DNA of 63,994 nucleotides, filler included, from Asterionella formosa (GCA_002256025.1; 16 parts of 16 records of this genome joined end to end with filler, not necessarily neighbours in it), one strand, 5' to 3'. Counted from the whole stretch's first letter, positions 37,960-51,254 are shown. Program-made: numbers and translations. The notes: generated by a model not told the origin, from the letters alone.

Positions 37960-40059
37960 AAAAAATGCACCTATGAATATCATCACAATGCTGAATACAC
38001 TCATGGAATGTGCAAAACTTTGGGAAAATCTGCTTTTCTCCTCAGGCGGCGCAGTGGAACTATCGAAATGCTACTATCACAACGATGCACTGCTGGCATC
38101 ATTGGGATCAGCTTGGGTATCCAAGACTCACAGTTTTAAAACAAAGCACATCAAATCCAATCCCAGAGGACTATGAGGTTGGTCTGGAACAAAAGTCCAA
38201 CAACAATAGAATACAAATCTCCGGAAAAAAGTAAAAAATCGTTGGGGATGTTCTCCAATCCAAGGGGAACATGGGAAGGAGAGGAAGCACAGAGAATAAT
38301 CACGCAATCAAAACGATGCCCGATAAAATGTGGGGAAGAGATGCCAGTCAAGCACATCACTTGATCTGGGCAGCCCAAATGACGCAGGTACTCATACCAG
38401 TGACGAGCATGACCCAATGTCAGTTAGAAGGAATACAAAAGAAAGCAAGAAGAGCAAGCCTTGGCAAGATGGGCTTTAGTCAGAATTTTCTGAAAGCCGT
38501 AGTAAATGGTCCAATCACATCAGGAGGTCTAAAAATAGTGGATTTAACAATTGAACAAGGCATAAGAGCGAAGGAAAATTTCCTATATCACAAATATGCA
38601 CAAGATGAAGTTGCGAAACTGATGGATATCTCACTAAGAATTATTCAATTGGAATCGGGGAGCACAGCACATTCTATCAAATGGAAAAGTGGCCATACCT
38701 TACTTGACAGAAACATGGCTCACGAACATGAGAAATTTTTTGGGGAAACATTGAACTTTCAGATTGAAATCAGCAATGCCTGGAGTCCAGGTCTTTAATG
38801 TTATCGAGACTCAATGATCATGCAAATTCTAGCAGAAAAAGGTTTGAGCAAACACAGACTATTTCATCTAAACACATGCAGAATGTATCTTCAAGTTTCG
38901 TTAGTTGCAGACATTGCAACAGCAGATGGGAAACAACTCAGACCAGAAATTCTAGTATGCGAAAGAATCACACACAGAACAACAAAATGGGAATGGCCTA
39001 ACCAACCTAAACCTAGTCACAACCAGCAAAACAGGATTGGAAGTTATCAATACAAAGATACTTTCTTACTAATGGCTCTAAGATAAGAAAGCTGAGCGAT
39101 GTTACGACAACCGCTGGGAAGATGGACAACATCACCGACCCAAGACTGGTCAACAACATATACCCAATTGGAAGGAAAAATTATGGGTTTTGGATAAGAA
39201 TACAAAACATTGGAAGGTGTACACAAGTAAGTCGCAAGTAATGCATAGCTACTATGCGATTTGATCAAACTGGGCAATGGGGGGGGGGGGGCTCAACTAA
39301 CCGAAGAATAGTTTACCATGTGATTTACATGACAATGGGAGTGTTGCCTATTTCGCACTTGATTTTAATTCATGGAAGTAAATGCAAAGGTCATGAGTAC
39401 GTACATGGAGTAATACAATTCGATCACTTCCACTACACGAACAAAGATTGTTTAAGGATGTAGTCATGAGCCCAGCCATCGTCAGAAACGAGGCTACGAC
39501 GTCATCTACAGCTAGGACTAAAAATTAAGGTGGCTACAGATGGTTCCATGGACTCGGACTCTAGATGCTCCTTTGCGTGGACGCAGCATACTCAGAGCTC
39601 TCGAAACTCCATTACCACTCAAACAGCGGCATGCGCAGGACCGGTCTACGACGATTCATCTCAAAACATCTCAACCAGACCTCGGTTCTTAAATTTTAAA
39701 AGGCATTTATAAATTATTTTGAGATAGATATGAAGTCAGAGGTACAGATATGGACTGACAGTGCAGCTGCCCTCCTGTCGAGATTCAGATTTTTATCCTG
39801 GAGTTTACATACTGGGAGACCACCAGCCAATGCAGACATTGGCTGTATCTCTAATTTCGCGGATCATCAAAACCATACCAGTAACAGTTACACTGAATTG
39901 GATCAAGGCTCGTCAGGAGTCAGGATACAGATAAAACAGCTAAGAAATTGACATTGGAGGCGCAAAGATCATTACGGCCGACAAAATGGCATCGAATTTT
40001 CTTGAAAGATGTCCTTCGGTTGCCAAAGGCGGGCCAAGAAATAACTCTAGCCATTTTCC
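37960..40059 (+). mobile_element. Degenerate non-LTR retrotransposon (RT C-terminal part plus RNase H), possibly Ambal-like
   Basis: WENLLFSSGGAVELSKCYY, KSLGMF, GPITSGGL..VDLTIEQG, LNTCRMYLQV..VADI..ADG and WEWPNQPKP, then RNase H motifs VATDGS, IWTDS, WIKAH and ADKMA. Multiple frameshifts. Confidence 0.8.
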
Positions 40060-40190
40060 NNNNNNNNNNNNNNNNNNNNNNNNNNNNNNNNNNNNNNNNN
40101 NNNTTAATTAATTAANNNNNNNNNNNNNNNNNNNNNNNNNNNNNNNNNNNNNNNNNNNNATCCCTGCTTCGCAAGAGCCTCCAATCAACC

Positions 40191-41261
40191 ATGCCTCATA
40201 ATTCATTCATTTCTAGTTTGATCTTCTTTCCAGCGCTTTCCAACGCATATGTTCCAAGTAAACGAGATGCAAGGCAACCCATCACGGACCTTTGCATGCA
40301 CCAGAAGCCCACCTTGGGCATGAAGGACGTCGCCAAGGACCATGACATATTCTTGCTAGACATGTGGGGTGTACTACACGATGGAACTGTACCTTACGAC
40401 GGAGTTTTGAAATGTGTGAAGGAACTCAAGAAGGCAGGCAAGGAACTCATCATTCTCTCCAATTCCAGCAAGCGACAGGGAAATTCGAAACACATGCTGA
40501 CAAGGTTGGGATTTGATCCTCAGGACTTTAGCCAAATCATTACATCGGGGGACATTGCGCATCGTATGTTGTCTGCAGATCCAACGTTGGGGTGTCAAAC
40601 GTGGCCTGTGCTAACGGGGATTCAGGACAAGAAGGTTTTTGTTTTTGGGAGCGGCCATCAAGATGATGTCTATTGCGAATCAGCTGGATGGAACTTGTCA
40701 TCAATTGAGGAGGCGAATCTTATCGTAGCGAGGGGTACATTTACTATTTGCGATGGAGCGACTACTATCTTAAAGACGGAGAATGAAGAGGAGTATTATC
40801 GTGTACTAGAAGAGTCGCTTGCAAGAGCAGCCACCCGAAAGCTCCCTATGTTTATCACCAATCCAGATAAAGTCCGTCCAGACGAAGGATTCCCTCCAAT
40901 GCCTGGAGCAATTGGAGACGCATATGCTAAGTTTCTGGAAATTAGTGATGGTGAAAAATTGATCAAGAGGATTGGAAAGCCGTTCCCAGAGGTGTTCGAA
41001 TTGGCGTTGAATGGACGGGATCCAATGAAGGCGTGTATGGTAGGAGATGCCTTGGAGACAGATGTTACTGGTGGATCTTGCTTTGGAATTGACACCATAT
41101 GGGTGACTCAAGATGGAGTACACGGACCAGCAATTGCGGAGAGTTCGAGTTTGGAAGAAGGAGCAGGAGCTGTTTTGGACGAATTCAATGCCAGAAAAGG
41201 AACTTATGCCAATGGACGCGTGCTACGGCCTTCCATAGTTCTCCCTCATTTTCGCTGGTGA
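40191..41261 (+). CDS. HAD-superfamily hydrolase, subfamily IIA, with N-terminal targeting peptide
   Basis: FLLDMWGVLHDG, ILSNSS, TNPD, IGKP and MVGDALETDVTGG. Signal peptide ending SNA-Y. Confidence 0.92.
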   Translation: MPHNSFISSLIFFPALSNAYVPSKRDARQPITDLCMHQKPTLGMKDVAKDHDIFLLDMWGVLHDGTVPYDGVLKCVKELKKAGKELIILSNSSKRQGNSKHMLTRLGFDPQDFSQIITSGDIAHRMLSADPTLGCQTWPVLTGIQDKKVFVFGSGHQDDVYCESAGWNLSSIEEANLIVARGTFTICDGATTILKTENEEEYYRVLEESLARAATRKLPMFITNPDKVRPDEGFPPMPGAIGDAYAKFLEISDGEKLIKRIGKPFPEVFELALNGRDPMKACMVGDALETDVTGGSCFGIDTIWVTQDGVHGPAIAESSSLEEGAGAVLDEFNARKGTYANGRVLRPSIVLPHFRW

Positions 41262-41678
41262 CTTGGTATCTTGAAAGAAGGGTTGGTATGGATGGCTTTG
41301 GAACCCAAAGACATCGCATTCTTTGCGAATCAATATGTCATGTCAAGTTAGACTACCGGTAAATGCCATATTGCTTTTGCATTGATGGACAATTGTCCTC
41401 GCATTCTATGGTACCTGGAAGCATTACTAATAATCAGGATTATAACTGGTCGCTGCTTCTGTTAGATGCTGTGTATGCACATATTTGCGATGTAAATGAC
41501 AGACACAAATTCAAGGAATAATAATGTGTGATTTCTGATAATAGCAATGAAACAGATGCCATGGAAGTTGTTGGGGTGTTGCTGCTGCCTGGTAGGAATA
41601 CTTGTACAAATTTGAATGATTGTACCAATCTTCTAGTTGACATCGATTCTCTCCATGGATTGCAAACTACTTTCCACC

Positions 41679-43322
41679 TTACTCGTTTGGCTCAACAAGA
41701 AAGACGGAGTGCTGCGATCCCATCGTAACATCAAGGCATTTACCTTGTAGTGTCTCTACGCGACGAGGACGACATTCTGTTTCATAGCTCTCCCCATCAA
41801 AACCCAATCCCAGCGTGCCCTCTTGAGCAAAACCCCATGCATATACTTTTCCATCATCGGTGAGAGCCATGCTCGAACTACCTGCAGCAGTAACCTTCAC
41901 GATTTTAGAGAGACGTTCAGAGAACAAAACGCGCTGTAAGGTCGTCATAAAGGAATCAGAAGGTGGCGCAGTATCAGTGACACCGAGTTGGCCAGAATCG
42001 GATCTGCCGCAAGTCCACAGACAGTTGCCTGTTATATCTAAAAAGAGGCTATGGTATTCACCAGCAGCAACTTGGACAATATGCATCCCCACAGACTGTT
42101 CGATTCGTTTCAAAGTATTCAAATGTTCGGTGTTGCCATGACCAAGCTGCCCATGTCCATTGACACCGGTTGAAAACGCGGCCGACTCATAGGATCCATA
42201 TGCTCGCGCAGCACAAATCAAGTGAAATTCACCACATGCCACACTTAGACATATCATCTTTTGTGAGATTGGCCAGATAGGAGGTTTAGGTGTCAAGAAG
42301 CGGTTGACAAGCAAGTCCTTGTCCAAGACTCTGTCGAAACCGCTTCCATTAGGTCGATTGACCTTTTTCAAAACGTTGTTACGTTCTTCTTTGATGATGC
42401 CTCGTCCAAGCTCTCCAGCTTCATCCCATCCCCACGTAAGCAGCTCGCATGATTGCAAAATAGCTGCGTTGATACCACGCCCACACACAACTTTTTTGAC
42501 CTTCCCAGGCATCATGACTTGCCTAGGGTTGGTACGAAAGCCCTGAGGTGCGGGCGCATTGGTTATGTCTTCATCCTTCATGGGAGGATCATTGTCTGGT
42601 TTATCGGAAGGAGGCATATCTCTGTATTTCTCTCCGTCTGTCACGTAGCATCCATTCATGTAGACAATCCCATCGATAGTAAGGTAGAGCGACTGCGAGC
42701 CTCCCGCAGCCACATCAATAATGGTAGAATCGTGCAGTGAATAGTGGGTACTGGCTTCTCTAGATGGCACCAAACCAGTAACCAAATCAGGAAAACCTTC
42801 ATATGCTTCATTGTCCATGTCATGAGGCTGCACTCGACCAATCTCTCCATGATCGCTACATCCCCAGGAGTAGACCTCTCCGGTTCTGGTCCTAGCTAGC
42901 GAATGCCCGGAGCCAGCCGCCACCTGGACAACTTCCAATTTCTGCAGTTTAGTCAATAACTTTGGCTTCATTTCCGAAAAGAGTCCAGAGCCCAGCTGCA
43001 TGCCATCATTGGATCCGCTGACAAAGACATTACCGATGGGTGCCCTGAAGGTGGCACTGGCTTCCTCAATGCATCGAACGTATTCCCAACAAGCAAAGTC
43101 CGAGGTGCGGATCGCGCACCTTTCCTTCAGCTGTTCATCGATCTGGCGATACACGCTTTCGCACAGCGAGACGAAAGGTGTCATGGCGAGGGGCTTTTGT
43201 TTGGAATGCGAAGCGCTCTTGACGCCGCGACGAGAGCCTCCGCCGATCCGAGAGTCATAGTCTGCACCATTAATCTTGCGCTTGCTTGGGTTTACCGGAG
43301 GCAAACCTACTGATCCGTACAT
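41679..43322 (-). CDS. RCC1-repeat beta-propeller protein
   Basis: Repeats VAAGSGHSLA..GEVYSWG...GEIGR, VAAGEYHSLFL..WTCG....GQLG and others. Probable start MYGSVG at 43322, with basic PSKRK near the N-terminus. Confidence 0.9.
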   Translation of the reverse strand: MYGSVGLPPVNPSKRKINGADYDSRIGGGSRRGVKSASHSKQKPLAMTPFVSLCESVYRQIDEQLKERCAIRTSDFACWEYVRCIEEASATFRAPIGNVFVSGSNDGMQLGSGLFSEMKPKLLTKLQKLEVVQVAAGSGHSLARTRTGEVYSWGCSDHGEIGRVQPHDMDNEAYEGFPDLVTGLVPSREASTHYSLHDSTIIDVAAGGSQSLYLTIDGIVYMNGCYVTDGEKYRDMPPSDKPDNDPPMKDEDITNAPAPQGFRTNPRQVMMPGKVKKVVCGRGINAAILQSCELLTWGWDEAGELGRGIIKEERNNVLKKVNRPNGSGFDRVLDKDLLVNRFLTPKPPIWPISQKMICLSVACGEFHLICAARAYGSYESAAFSTGVNGHGQLGHGNTEHLNTLKRIEQSVGMHIVQVAAGEYHSLFLDITGNCLWTCGRSDSGQLGVTDTAPPSDSFMTTLQRVLFSERLSKIVKVTAAGSSSMALTDDGKVYAWGFAQEGTLGLGFDGESYETECRPRRVETLQGKCLDVTMGSQHSVFLVEPNE

Positions 43323-44168
43323 GACAGGACTGGCTTGCCTTGTCTTGGCTCGATTTGAAAGCGGATGTGAAGGTAGCAACCCAAGTACCTGGTAGTTATT
43401 GTGAGCGATGGAAGCAACAATAACCAATATTTCAAATTCCCTGGCACTGTAACTACTCCGAGCACCAGGTACCAGGTACCAGTACTGGTTAGACCAAGCA
43501 TAGCATACGGTACCTATACTTATGTACAGAGGAAATGAAGATACCCTGCCTGTGTTGCTCATGTAGACCTACCGGTAGTTCAAACAATAACCCTAACCCT
43601 TCTGCTGAAACAAAAATACTTGTTGTTTTGCCTTGACAATGGCCTTAACCAACCCTCGCTTTTCTTTGTTCCTTGCTGTGATCTCACAGATCCATCACCA
43701 GTTCGAGCATTGTAAACATTAGGACTAATAGAATGAGTCAATGAATCCGTGAGGGCACTCATTTCCATTGAATATTTACCATTTTAACCTTTCTTGGTTA
43801 CCATAAGCACCAGCAATTGACTTGCTATTACTAAATGAAATGCACAGGACATTTGGTCTGAGGTGGAGGAATAGACCATGAGAAGTATGATGAAACTCAA
43901 AACTAGGGAAGCTAATTAATGCTAGAATAGAATTAATAACATACATTAGCAAGTGGAAAGAATACTCCCAGCTAAATTCGATAATTTAGCTGCATTCTGA
44001 AACATGTGCAGTGGAGTAGCACAATGCCTGAGTCGACCTTCTTGCACTTTGCAACAAGTATTATCAAANNNNNNNNNNNNNNNNNNNNNNNNNNNNNNNN
44101 NNNNNNNNNNNNTTAATTAATTAANNNNNNNNNNNNNNNNNNNNNNNNNNNNNNNNNNNNNNNNNNNN

Positions 44169-47036
44169 ACATAATGTATAGGACAGCGCAATGGGTCAAG
44201 AATCAGACAGCTGAAGTCTATCGAGATGCTTTGATTCAAGTATTCCGTGTTTATAATACCGGAGGATTTAAAATTACAACAATCCACTGTGACAATGAGT
44301 TTCGACCTTTGATGGAACAAATTTCCAATGAATTTCAAGTCACTATGAACTACGCAAACCCACAAGAACATGTTCCCGAAGCGGAGCGAAATAATCGAGT
44401 GATTAATGAACGCGTGCGCGCAGCTTATCATCGATTACCTTTCAAACATTTGCCGCGACTGATGATTAAGATTCTAGTGACAGAATCTGCAAAGAAACTG
44501 AATTTCTTTCCGGCAAAGAACGGGATATCCCTGTATTACAGTCCTCGTATGATTCTACATCAACGAAACCTGGACTATGCTCGACATTGCCAGTATACAT
44601 TTGGCACTTATGTCCAAGCACATGAAGAACCTGTGTTTTCAAACACAAATGCACCTCGCAGCCTAGATTGCATTTATCTACGCTACAATGACAATGTGCA
44701 AGGAGGTCATGAATTGTTACACCTACCTACAAATTCATTGATCACTAGACAAACAATTACTCCTCTACCACTTACCCCAGCAATCATGAATCAAGTACAC
44801 GCCCTTGCTGTGCAGGAGAATATGCCAGATGGTCTCAAGATATCAAATCGAACGGGACAACTATTTTATGATAGTGCTTGGATTGCAGGAGTGGATTATG
44901 ATAATGAAGCATTTGAAGATGCACAAGATGAAGATTATGAAGATCAAGATGCTAGTGACAATGAAAGCAATGATGAAATTCTCGGAGAAGAAGACTATGA
45001 CAAAATGACTCCGGATGAAATATATGAAGCAGAACAGCTTGAATTAAACGACAATACTCAAGAGGATGACCCTGAACCTGACGAGGGCAACAATGAGAAT
45101 AATATTGAAATGAATGCAGATGATATCCAAGATGAGGATGAAGAGCCAGCAAATGAAACTGAAAAAGAAGAGGCAAGAATGTTAGAAGTCAACCCAAGCA
45201 CTCAGGATGACTCAGACCCAAATGTTAGAACTACAAGGTCTGGAAGAGTCTCAAGACCACCATCAAAATTAACTAGTATGGTCCAAAATCATTTGCATAC
45301 CCAAGCACACTGTCGAGAAGAATACACGACTGATAATGCGAAAGTGATCGCAAAGACAATTTGTTATATGAATGAGATGTGTATCGATAAAGAAGCATTT
45401 CACTTTGTTCAGTCATACAGCTTAAGGAAAGGCCTCAAGAAATCTGGCCAGAAAGGAAGAGACGCTGCTTATAAGGAAATGAAACAACTACATGATAGAG
45501 TTGTGTTTGAACTGATTAGCTAGGATTGAAGACCTAACCGATGTCGAAAAGCGACGTGCAATGGAAAGTCTAATTTTTTTGGTTGAAAAGAGAGACAAGA
45601 GCATTAAAGGCAGAGCATGTGCCAATGGCAGTTCGCAACGTGAATACATGGAAAGGGATGAAGCAGCTAGTCCAACTACCATGACCGAATCTGTTATGAT
45701 AACAGCAACAATTGATGCGAAGCAAAATCGCGATGTTATGACTGCGGATATACCCAATGCATTTGTGCAAGTGGATATCGATGAGAAAGAAAAAGGGGAG
45801 CGAATCATTATGAAGATTAGAGGTTTACTTGTCAATATGTTGACAGAACTCAGCCCCGAAACTTATGAAAAATATGTTGTTTATGAAGGGAACAACAAGG
45901 TCCTATATGTTAGGATGATCAAGGCACTATATGGTATGTTACAGTCATCATTATTATATTACAAGAAATTTCGAAAGGATATTGAGTCAATTGGATTCAA
46001 GGTAAACCCATATGATCCATGTGTTGCAAATCACATTGTTAATGGCAAACAGCACAATTGGCATGTAGACGATTTGAAATCAAGTCACGTGGACAGCAAA
46101 GTGAATGATCAATTTTTGGAATGGCTCAAAAAGAAATACGCTTCTGACGAAATTGGTGAAGTCAAGGTCATGCGTGGAAAGAAGCATGATTATTTGGCGA
46201 TGACACTAGATTACTCTATTCCAGGAGTGTTGAGGGTGGACATGACCAAATATGTGAAATCAATGATTGATGATTTTCCAGTGAACCTTGAAGGTGTTGG
46301 AAAATTCCCATGGACAGATAAATTGTTCACAGTTGATACGAAATCAAAGAAGCTTGAATATGAAAAAGCAAAAATATTTCATACTTTTGTTATGAAAGGA
46401 ATGTTCCTATGTAAGCGAGGAAGACAGGACATTCAACCAGGAATTGCATTTCTGGCAACCCGAACTACTGAACCGAATGAAGGTGATTGGGCAAAATTAG
46501 TCAAGATCATGAATTTCTTGAAAGCAACTCAGAACGAGATTGCATCTATGAGTGCTGATGACACTCAGAGCATTATATGGTACGTTGATGCGGCGTTTGC
46601 AGTACACAAAGATTTTAAAAGTCACACTGGAGCTACAATGTCACTTAGAAAAGGAATTATTTGTTCTATGTCTACAAAACAGAAAGTGAACACTAGAAGT
46701 TCGACTGAAGCAGAATTGGTTGGTGTCGATGACATCATATCAAAGGTGTTGTGGACGAAATTATTTATTGAAGCACAAGGACACAACGTGACTACAAATG
46801 TCATTTACCGTGACAACACTAGCGCAATGAGGCTAGAAGCAAATGGAAAAACAAGTTCAGGAAAACGCACGCGACATTTCAACATCAAAATTTTTTATAT
46901 TACTGATCTTATTGAAAGAAAGGAAGTACAAATCAAGTACTGTCCATCGGATGCAATGTTAGCAGACTACATGACGAAACCACTGGTTGGAACGAAATTT
47001 ATTCATTTTCGTCAGCAAATTATGAATTCAAAGTGA
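44169..47036 (+). mobile_element. Ty1/Copia pol (integrase, RT, RNase H), 5' truncated, one frameshift at 45518-45521
   Basis: Integrase IHCDNEF and HVPEAERNNR; RT ADIPNAFVQ, KALYG and WHVDDL; RNase H YVDAAF, SSTEAE, DN and ADYMTKPL. Domain order is INT-RT-RH. Confidence 0.95.
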
Positions 47037-47047
47037 GCGTCTGTGTC

Positions 47048-47176
47048 CAGCAGGAGTGTGTTGGAGAAAATATTTTAGGAAAGAAAATCCCGGTATGAAT
47101 TACCTACTACATATTGAATCGAATGAATCAAGAAAGAATATGGTACCAGATAATTCGAAAACAATCTACGCCAACA
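47048..47176 (+). mobile_element. Polypurine tract and putative short 3' LTR
   Basis: CAGCAGGAGTG is directly followed by TGTTGG (47059). The inverted CCAACA ends at 47176. The true end could lie ~30 nt further on. Confidence 0.6.
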
Positions 47177-47335
47177 GTAAAAACCCATAATTCTATTAAA
47201 ACTCTTAGGAACGATTACAATCGATCACGGAGACATCGTTGTTCATATCTACAGCCTATTTGGTCCCTGACGTGTCCTTACAGGATACAAGAAAGCATAG
47301 AGTGCTTCGGAACGCAATTTCAACAGAAACGGAAC

Positions 47336-48075
47336 ATGTCTCATCAATCTCAACTCGCCAAAAGGAGAAACAAGGGAATCTCAAATGTTTCCTTCGCATG
47401 TCGATTTCTGAGTGTTCTCGTTTTTACCATTGCGGGCCTTGTTGTCTGCTCTGAGATCGCATCAATCTTGCACTGTGACAACGTTTTTAAAACCCAACAA
47501 ACCAAAATCAACGGTCCCGACAATCAGAAACAGCTTCATTTGATACATCCTTCTAGCTGTCAAGTCGGAGATACCTCGGTGCGTTTTGACCAGATTTACG
47601 ACACAGGAGGTTGGGGTTCTGTGTTGAATTCATCCATTCATGGTTTTTATGATGACGCAAATTGGCCACCGAAACTTCGATTATCGTTCTCCGGAGGAGG
47701 ATCAAACCGGGGCACTAGTACCAAAACGTCCTTAGCTATTTTGAAACAACTTATTGCAGAACACAATATTTCGTCCATGCTTGATGTGCCTTGTGGCGAC
47801 GTGAACTGGATATTTGACAGCTACGAGACAGATTTTTTACCCATGTACGTTGGTCTTGATATTGTTCGGTCAGTGATACAGTTGAATAATAAGCGATTCA
47901 CTTACCATGCCAACAAGCACTTTGCTTGGTGGGACGGAGTCAACTGTTCTTTTCCCTGGCATAGGCTCAATGGAACTCTCCAACCGTTCGATATGATCCA
48001 TTCCAGAGATATTATACAGCACTTGCAACTTAAGGATGGCCAACGTTTTCTTTGTAATGTCCTTCTCTCGGGCAC
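47336..48075 (+). CDS. Class I SAM-dependent methyltransferase-like type II membrane protein (3' truncated)
   Basis: N-terminal TM helix; FDQIY...WG, SGGGS, MLDVPCGDVNW, YVGLDIV and DMIHSRDIIQHL. Confidence 0.8.
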
Positions 48076-48175
48076 NNNNNNNNNNNNNNNNNNNNNNNNN
48101 NNNNNNNNNNNNNNNNNNNTTAATTAATTAANNNNNNNNNNNNNNNNNNNNNNNNNNNNNNNNNNNNNNNNNNNN

Positions 48176-48603
48176 GGTTGTTTATAGCCAGTGGCGTCTT
48201 CGCTTCTCTTTCCTTTGTGTGGTTCGCAAATGGTATTTGCTCCCTTTATGAATGTCGGTACTCCACTGCAGCTGCCACCATGACTGTAGCCTGCGTCGTG
48301 TTTGTGGCTTCTGGTATTTGCTCTTTGTTCGTAATACCAACCATTGGACAACCAATAGAAGAACCAGATACCGTGATAGTTACGGAAACTAACCGTCCAG
48401 ATGACACTAGAAGTATACGAGGAACTACTGCCCACGAGGTTAAATCAATGACAATGGAGGATGCTGAGGAATCGACGATTCAGGCGATGGCGGCAAGGCC
48501 TTCGATCACTACTTCCCAAAACTCCAACGAAATATCACACGAAGTTTATGATCAAGGGCAAGTGAGCACTGAAGAAGGGAAAGCGTATGGAAAATCGCCT
48601 TGA
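48176..48603 (+). CDS. Membrane protein, 3' part (5' truncated)
   Basis: Two hydrophobic helices with a Cys-containing loop, then an acidic tail. Confidence 0.6.
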
Positions 48604-49161
48604 TCAGCTGAGGCGACATAGCGAACGAGCTGGGTTTTCCAGCATTCTCATTGTCAGGAAGAAAAGTTCGGAGCTCGACTGTTTTTAAGGCAGAGCGACG
48701 GAAATACATGTCGGTATTGATGGTTTAAATGTTATTAGCGCATGTGAGTATAATTGTGTGAACATCGAGAGCAAAAAGAAACAGTTGTAACTTTTCTTTA
48801 AGAAATTCATGTCAGTGCTATATGATAATGAATAGAAGCATTCATCCTTCATCAAATTTGTTTGAGGCAAGGCTGTCGAGGGCTACTTTTGACGAAGGAC
48901 CATGTTATTCCTTAACCTCAATTTTCCAGTTGTTGAACGATGACTTCGAACGCTTTAGCATTTGGATAGAACAGAGTTTTGGCCATTTGGCTCCGCACAA
49001 GTTTATTCTACTATACCAGGGTCAATATTTCCCTAACTTTGGCGATCTTTAGGTCCACATTAATTAAATAGCAGAAAATCAACTTCCCTTGAGACTACTT
49101 GCACTTGCAGCAGCAAAGACACTAATGTCACGTGCGTCATTTCAGTTTCGGACTGTAATCC

Positions 49162-49890
49162 TTAGATTTGGCCCACGCTTCGACCCTTCCGAAATATCGT
49201 TTTACCTTTGACCCAACTAGAATCAACTATAGCCGGACCCATGGGCGCTGATACATACACCTGTCCCAACGAGTATTCCTTATGCCCGGGTCCTCTCGGC
49301 AAGAAAGTAATTGAAGCCAAACTTTTAGTCACTGTAGAATCAGGATTGGATGCTCCCGCCCCAACTAACATAGAGTAAACAACTTGTGGTAATTCCTTGC
49401 GTCCCGGCAAGGGAGGTAAGGTAACTTCCAAGTCAACCAACGTCACACCAGTCTTACGCACTTTGGCGGTGTCATAGTCGGCCGTGAGGAGCTCCGTCAG
49501 GGCCAGCGGATTGCCACTCTTGCCCCGCTTCCAGGTGGCTCGCAAGCGGGTGCCATCGGGTCGTTTGCACACGGCCCGAAATCCGTTCGTCTTGGCGGCC
49601 GACACCCGGGCCAAGAGTTTGACTTCCAACGGCTTGTCGACAAACTTACTCAAGTGAGCGCGAAGGCGACGGTCTTTGATGTTTCGAAGAGGCACAGGGT
49701 CCAGTTTCCACAGCTTCGATTGCATATTGGCCATTTCCTTTGTCATGGCGGTGTCAAACGTTGTTTCCACCGCGACGCCATCGTGTTGTTCTCGTTCAAA
49801 GTCCGAGACCAGGTTTCCCACCCCGACTTGCGCATCAACCGCGACTAGTGTGACGAAGAGAGTGATGACGATCAGAATGAAGGCTTTCAT
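49162..49890 (-). CDS. Hypothetical protein with signal peptide, 242 aa
   Basis: MKAFILIVITLFVTLVAVDA signal peptide; GC-richer coding-like ORF. No motif recognised. Confidence 0.75.
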   Translation of the reverse strand: MKAFILIVITLFVTLVAVDAQVGVGNLVSDFEREQHDGVAVETTFDTAMTKEMANMQSKLWKLDPVPLRNIKDRRLRAHLSKFVDKPLEVKLLARVSAAKTNGFRAVCKRPDGTRLRATWKRGKSGNPLALTELLTADYDTAKVRKTGVTLVDLEVTLPPLPGRKELPQVVYSMLVGAGASNPDSTVTKSLASITFLPRGPGHKEYSLGQVYVSAPMGPAIVDSSWVKGKTIFRKGRSVGQI

Positions 49891-51254
49891 ACTTTCTGGT
49901 TCCTTTTTTCGCGTATGTACAATTACTCTCAATGAGATCTCACTTGGATGTCCCTATATGATTGTGATGTGTGAAGAACTTGAATTAGCAACAAGCAAGG
50001 TGAGAGTCTAACAATATATTACGCTGATTATGAATCATGCTCCATAACATAGGTTCTTATTGCCGCATCAAAATAAATATTTGGCTACCGTAGGGATAAT
50101 ACCGGTAGCTATGATAAACACCACTCTGACACATGCAGATTTAATATTCCTGATGGTGTCGTCCGTGTCGTGCGTATCGGGATTACCAGTACAGGGTAGG
50201 GTGTAACACAAGGGTCCTCTCCGCAGTCGTTTGTGTCTGACTTCCAAGTGGAGACAAACAACAAAAATGGGCGGATGACATCAACCAAATCATGCTTATT
50301 GCGTAAATGCATATGGAAGCCTGATGAACACATAAGGTTAGAGCAAGTCTTGAGAGAATCAAAAAGTATACAGCAAACAACTGTGCTAGCATTTCGGTGA
50401 ATTTGAATTTGAATTGTGAATCCTGGCAGTCAATTGCCAGGATGAAATGTAGGGCAGAAGAGTACTACTAAGGTAAGATAATCCCTTGTGGAATGGTGTA
50501 AAGGGCTGAGAGGAGTACTGTTGTTGCATTGGGGTGGCTGGTTGATGCAAATGTATAACAGTGGTGTTGCAGCAGTGGCAAGGGAGTTGGCGGAGGTATC
50601 ATTTGGAGTAAAGGGATAAGACAAGCGCACCATTTGTTGTTCCGCACTGTCGTTTTGTTACGATTGTATCTATCTACAAAAGAACCAATGTATCTATCGA
50701 CGACTACTCTTTGAAGACGTATTGTTGTTGATCGTATTTGTTGATTTGTATAGTCGTTTACCATGATGTCGATATTGCCACCAAGCAATGCTTTTTGTAC
50801 TAACGCGCTTTGCTACATTTCTACTATGAGTTTGTATCACAAGCTACATAACTACTCAGCTAGAGGGATTCGATAGTGCTGGATCTTCCTGATGATCACT
50901 TTCAATCAGAACGGATTGGAATGAAATGATCAGGGCTGCTGTTAATTGGGAGGTATGACTGTGGGCAGAAGGACTGCAAGCAACATGAGTCAGGCTACTA
51001 TAGCGATGTTCATGGTTTCAGCAACCAGATTATTCATGCTACATCACGATGCAGATTTCAATTGAGTTGAGCTTTTTTCTTCTCATCTGTTTCATTTCGC
51101 TCCTTGATGGTGTGATGGAAAGTCATTGTTGCCTGTGTAAGTGCTACAATGCATACCATCTCCAATGAAACTCCTATTTTTCCTGTATTTCTAACCCAAA
51201 ACAATATTTTCTTATTTCTAATTTGACACTACTTATTTCATCGCATTTCGTGCG

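Noticed and set aside
43323..43562. 80-aa N-terminal extension of the RCC1 ORF
   Set aside because: It runs through GGTACC-rich promoter-like sequence and looks non-coding. ATG 43322 is the more plausible start, though this is not proven.
45518..45523. Programmed frameshift or readthrough in Copia pol
   Set aside because: There is no slippery site, Copia INT-RT is normally one frame, and a 4-nt insertion explains it.
50149..50210. BEL/Pao-like end (PDGVVRVVRI, then purine tract and TGTAAC)
   Set aside because: Only about 10 residues, with no upstream integrase remnant and no second LTR.
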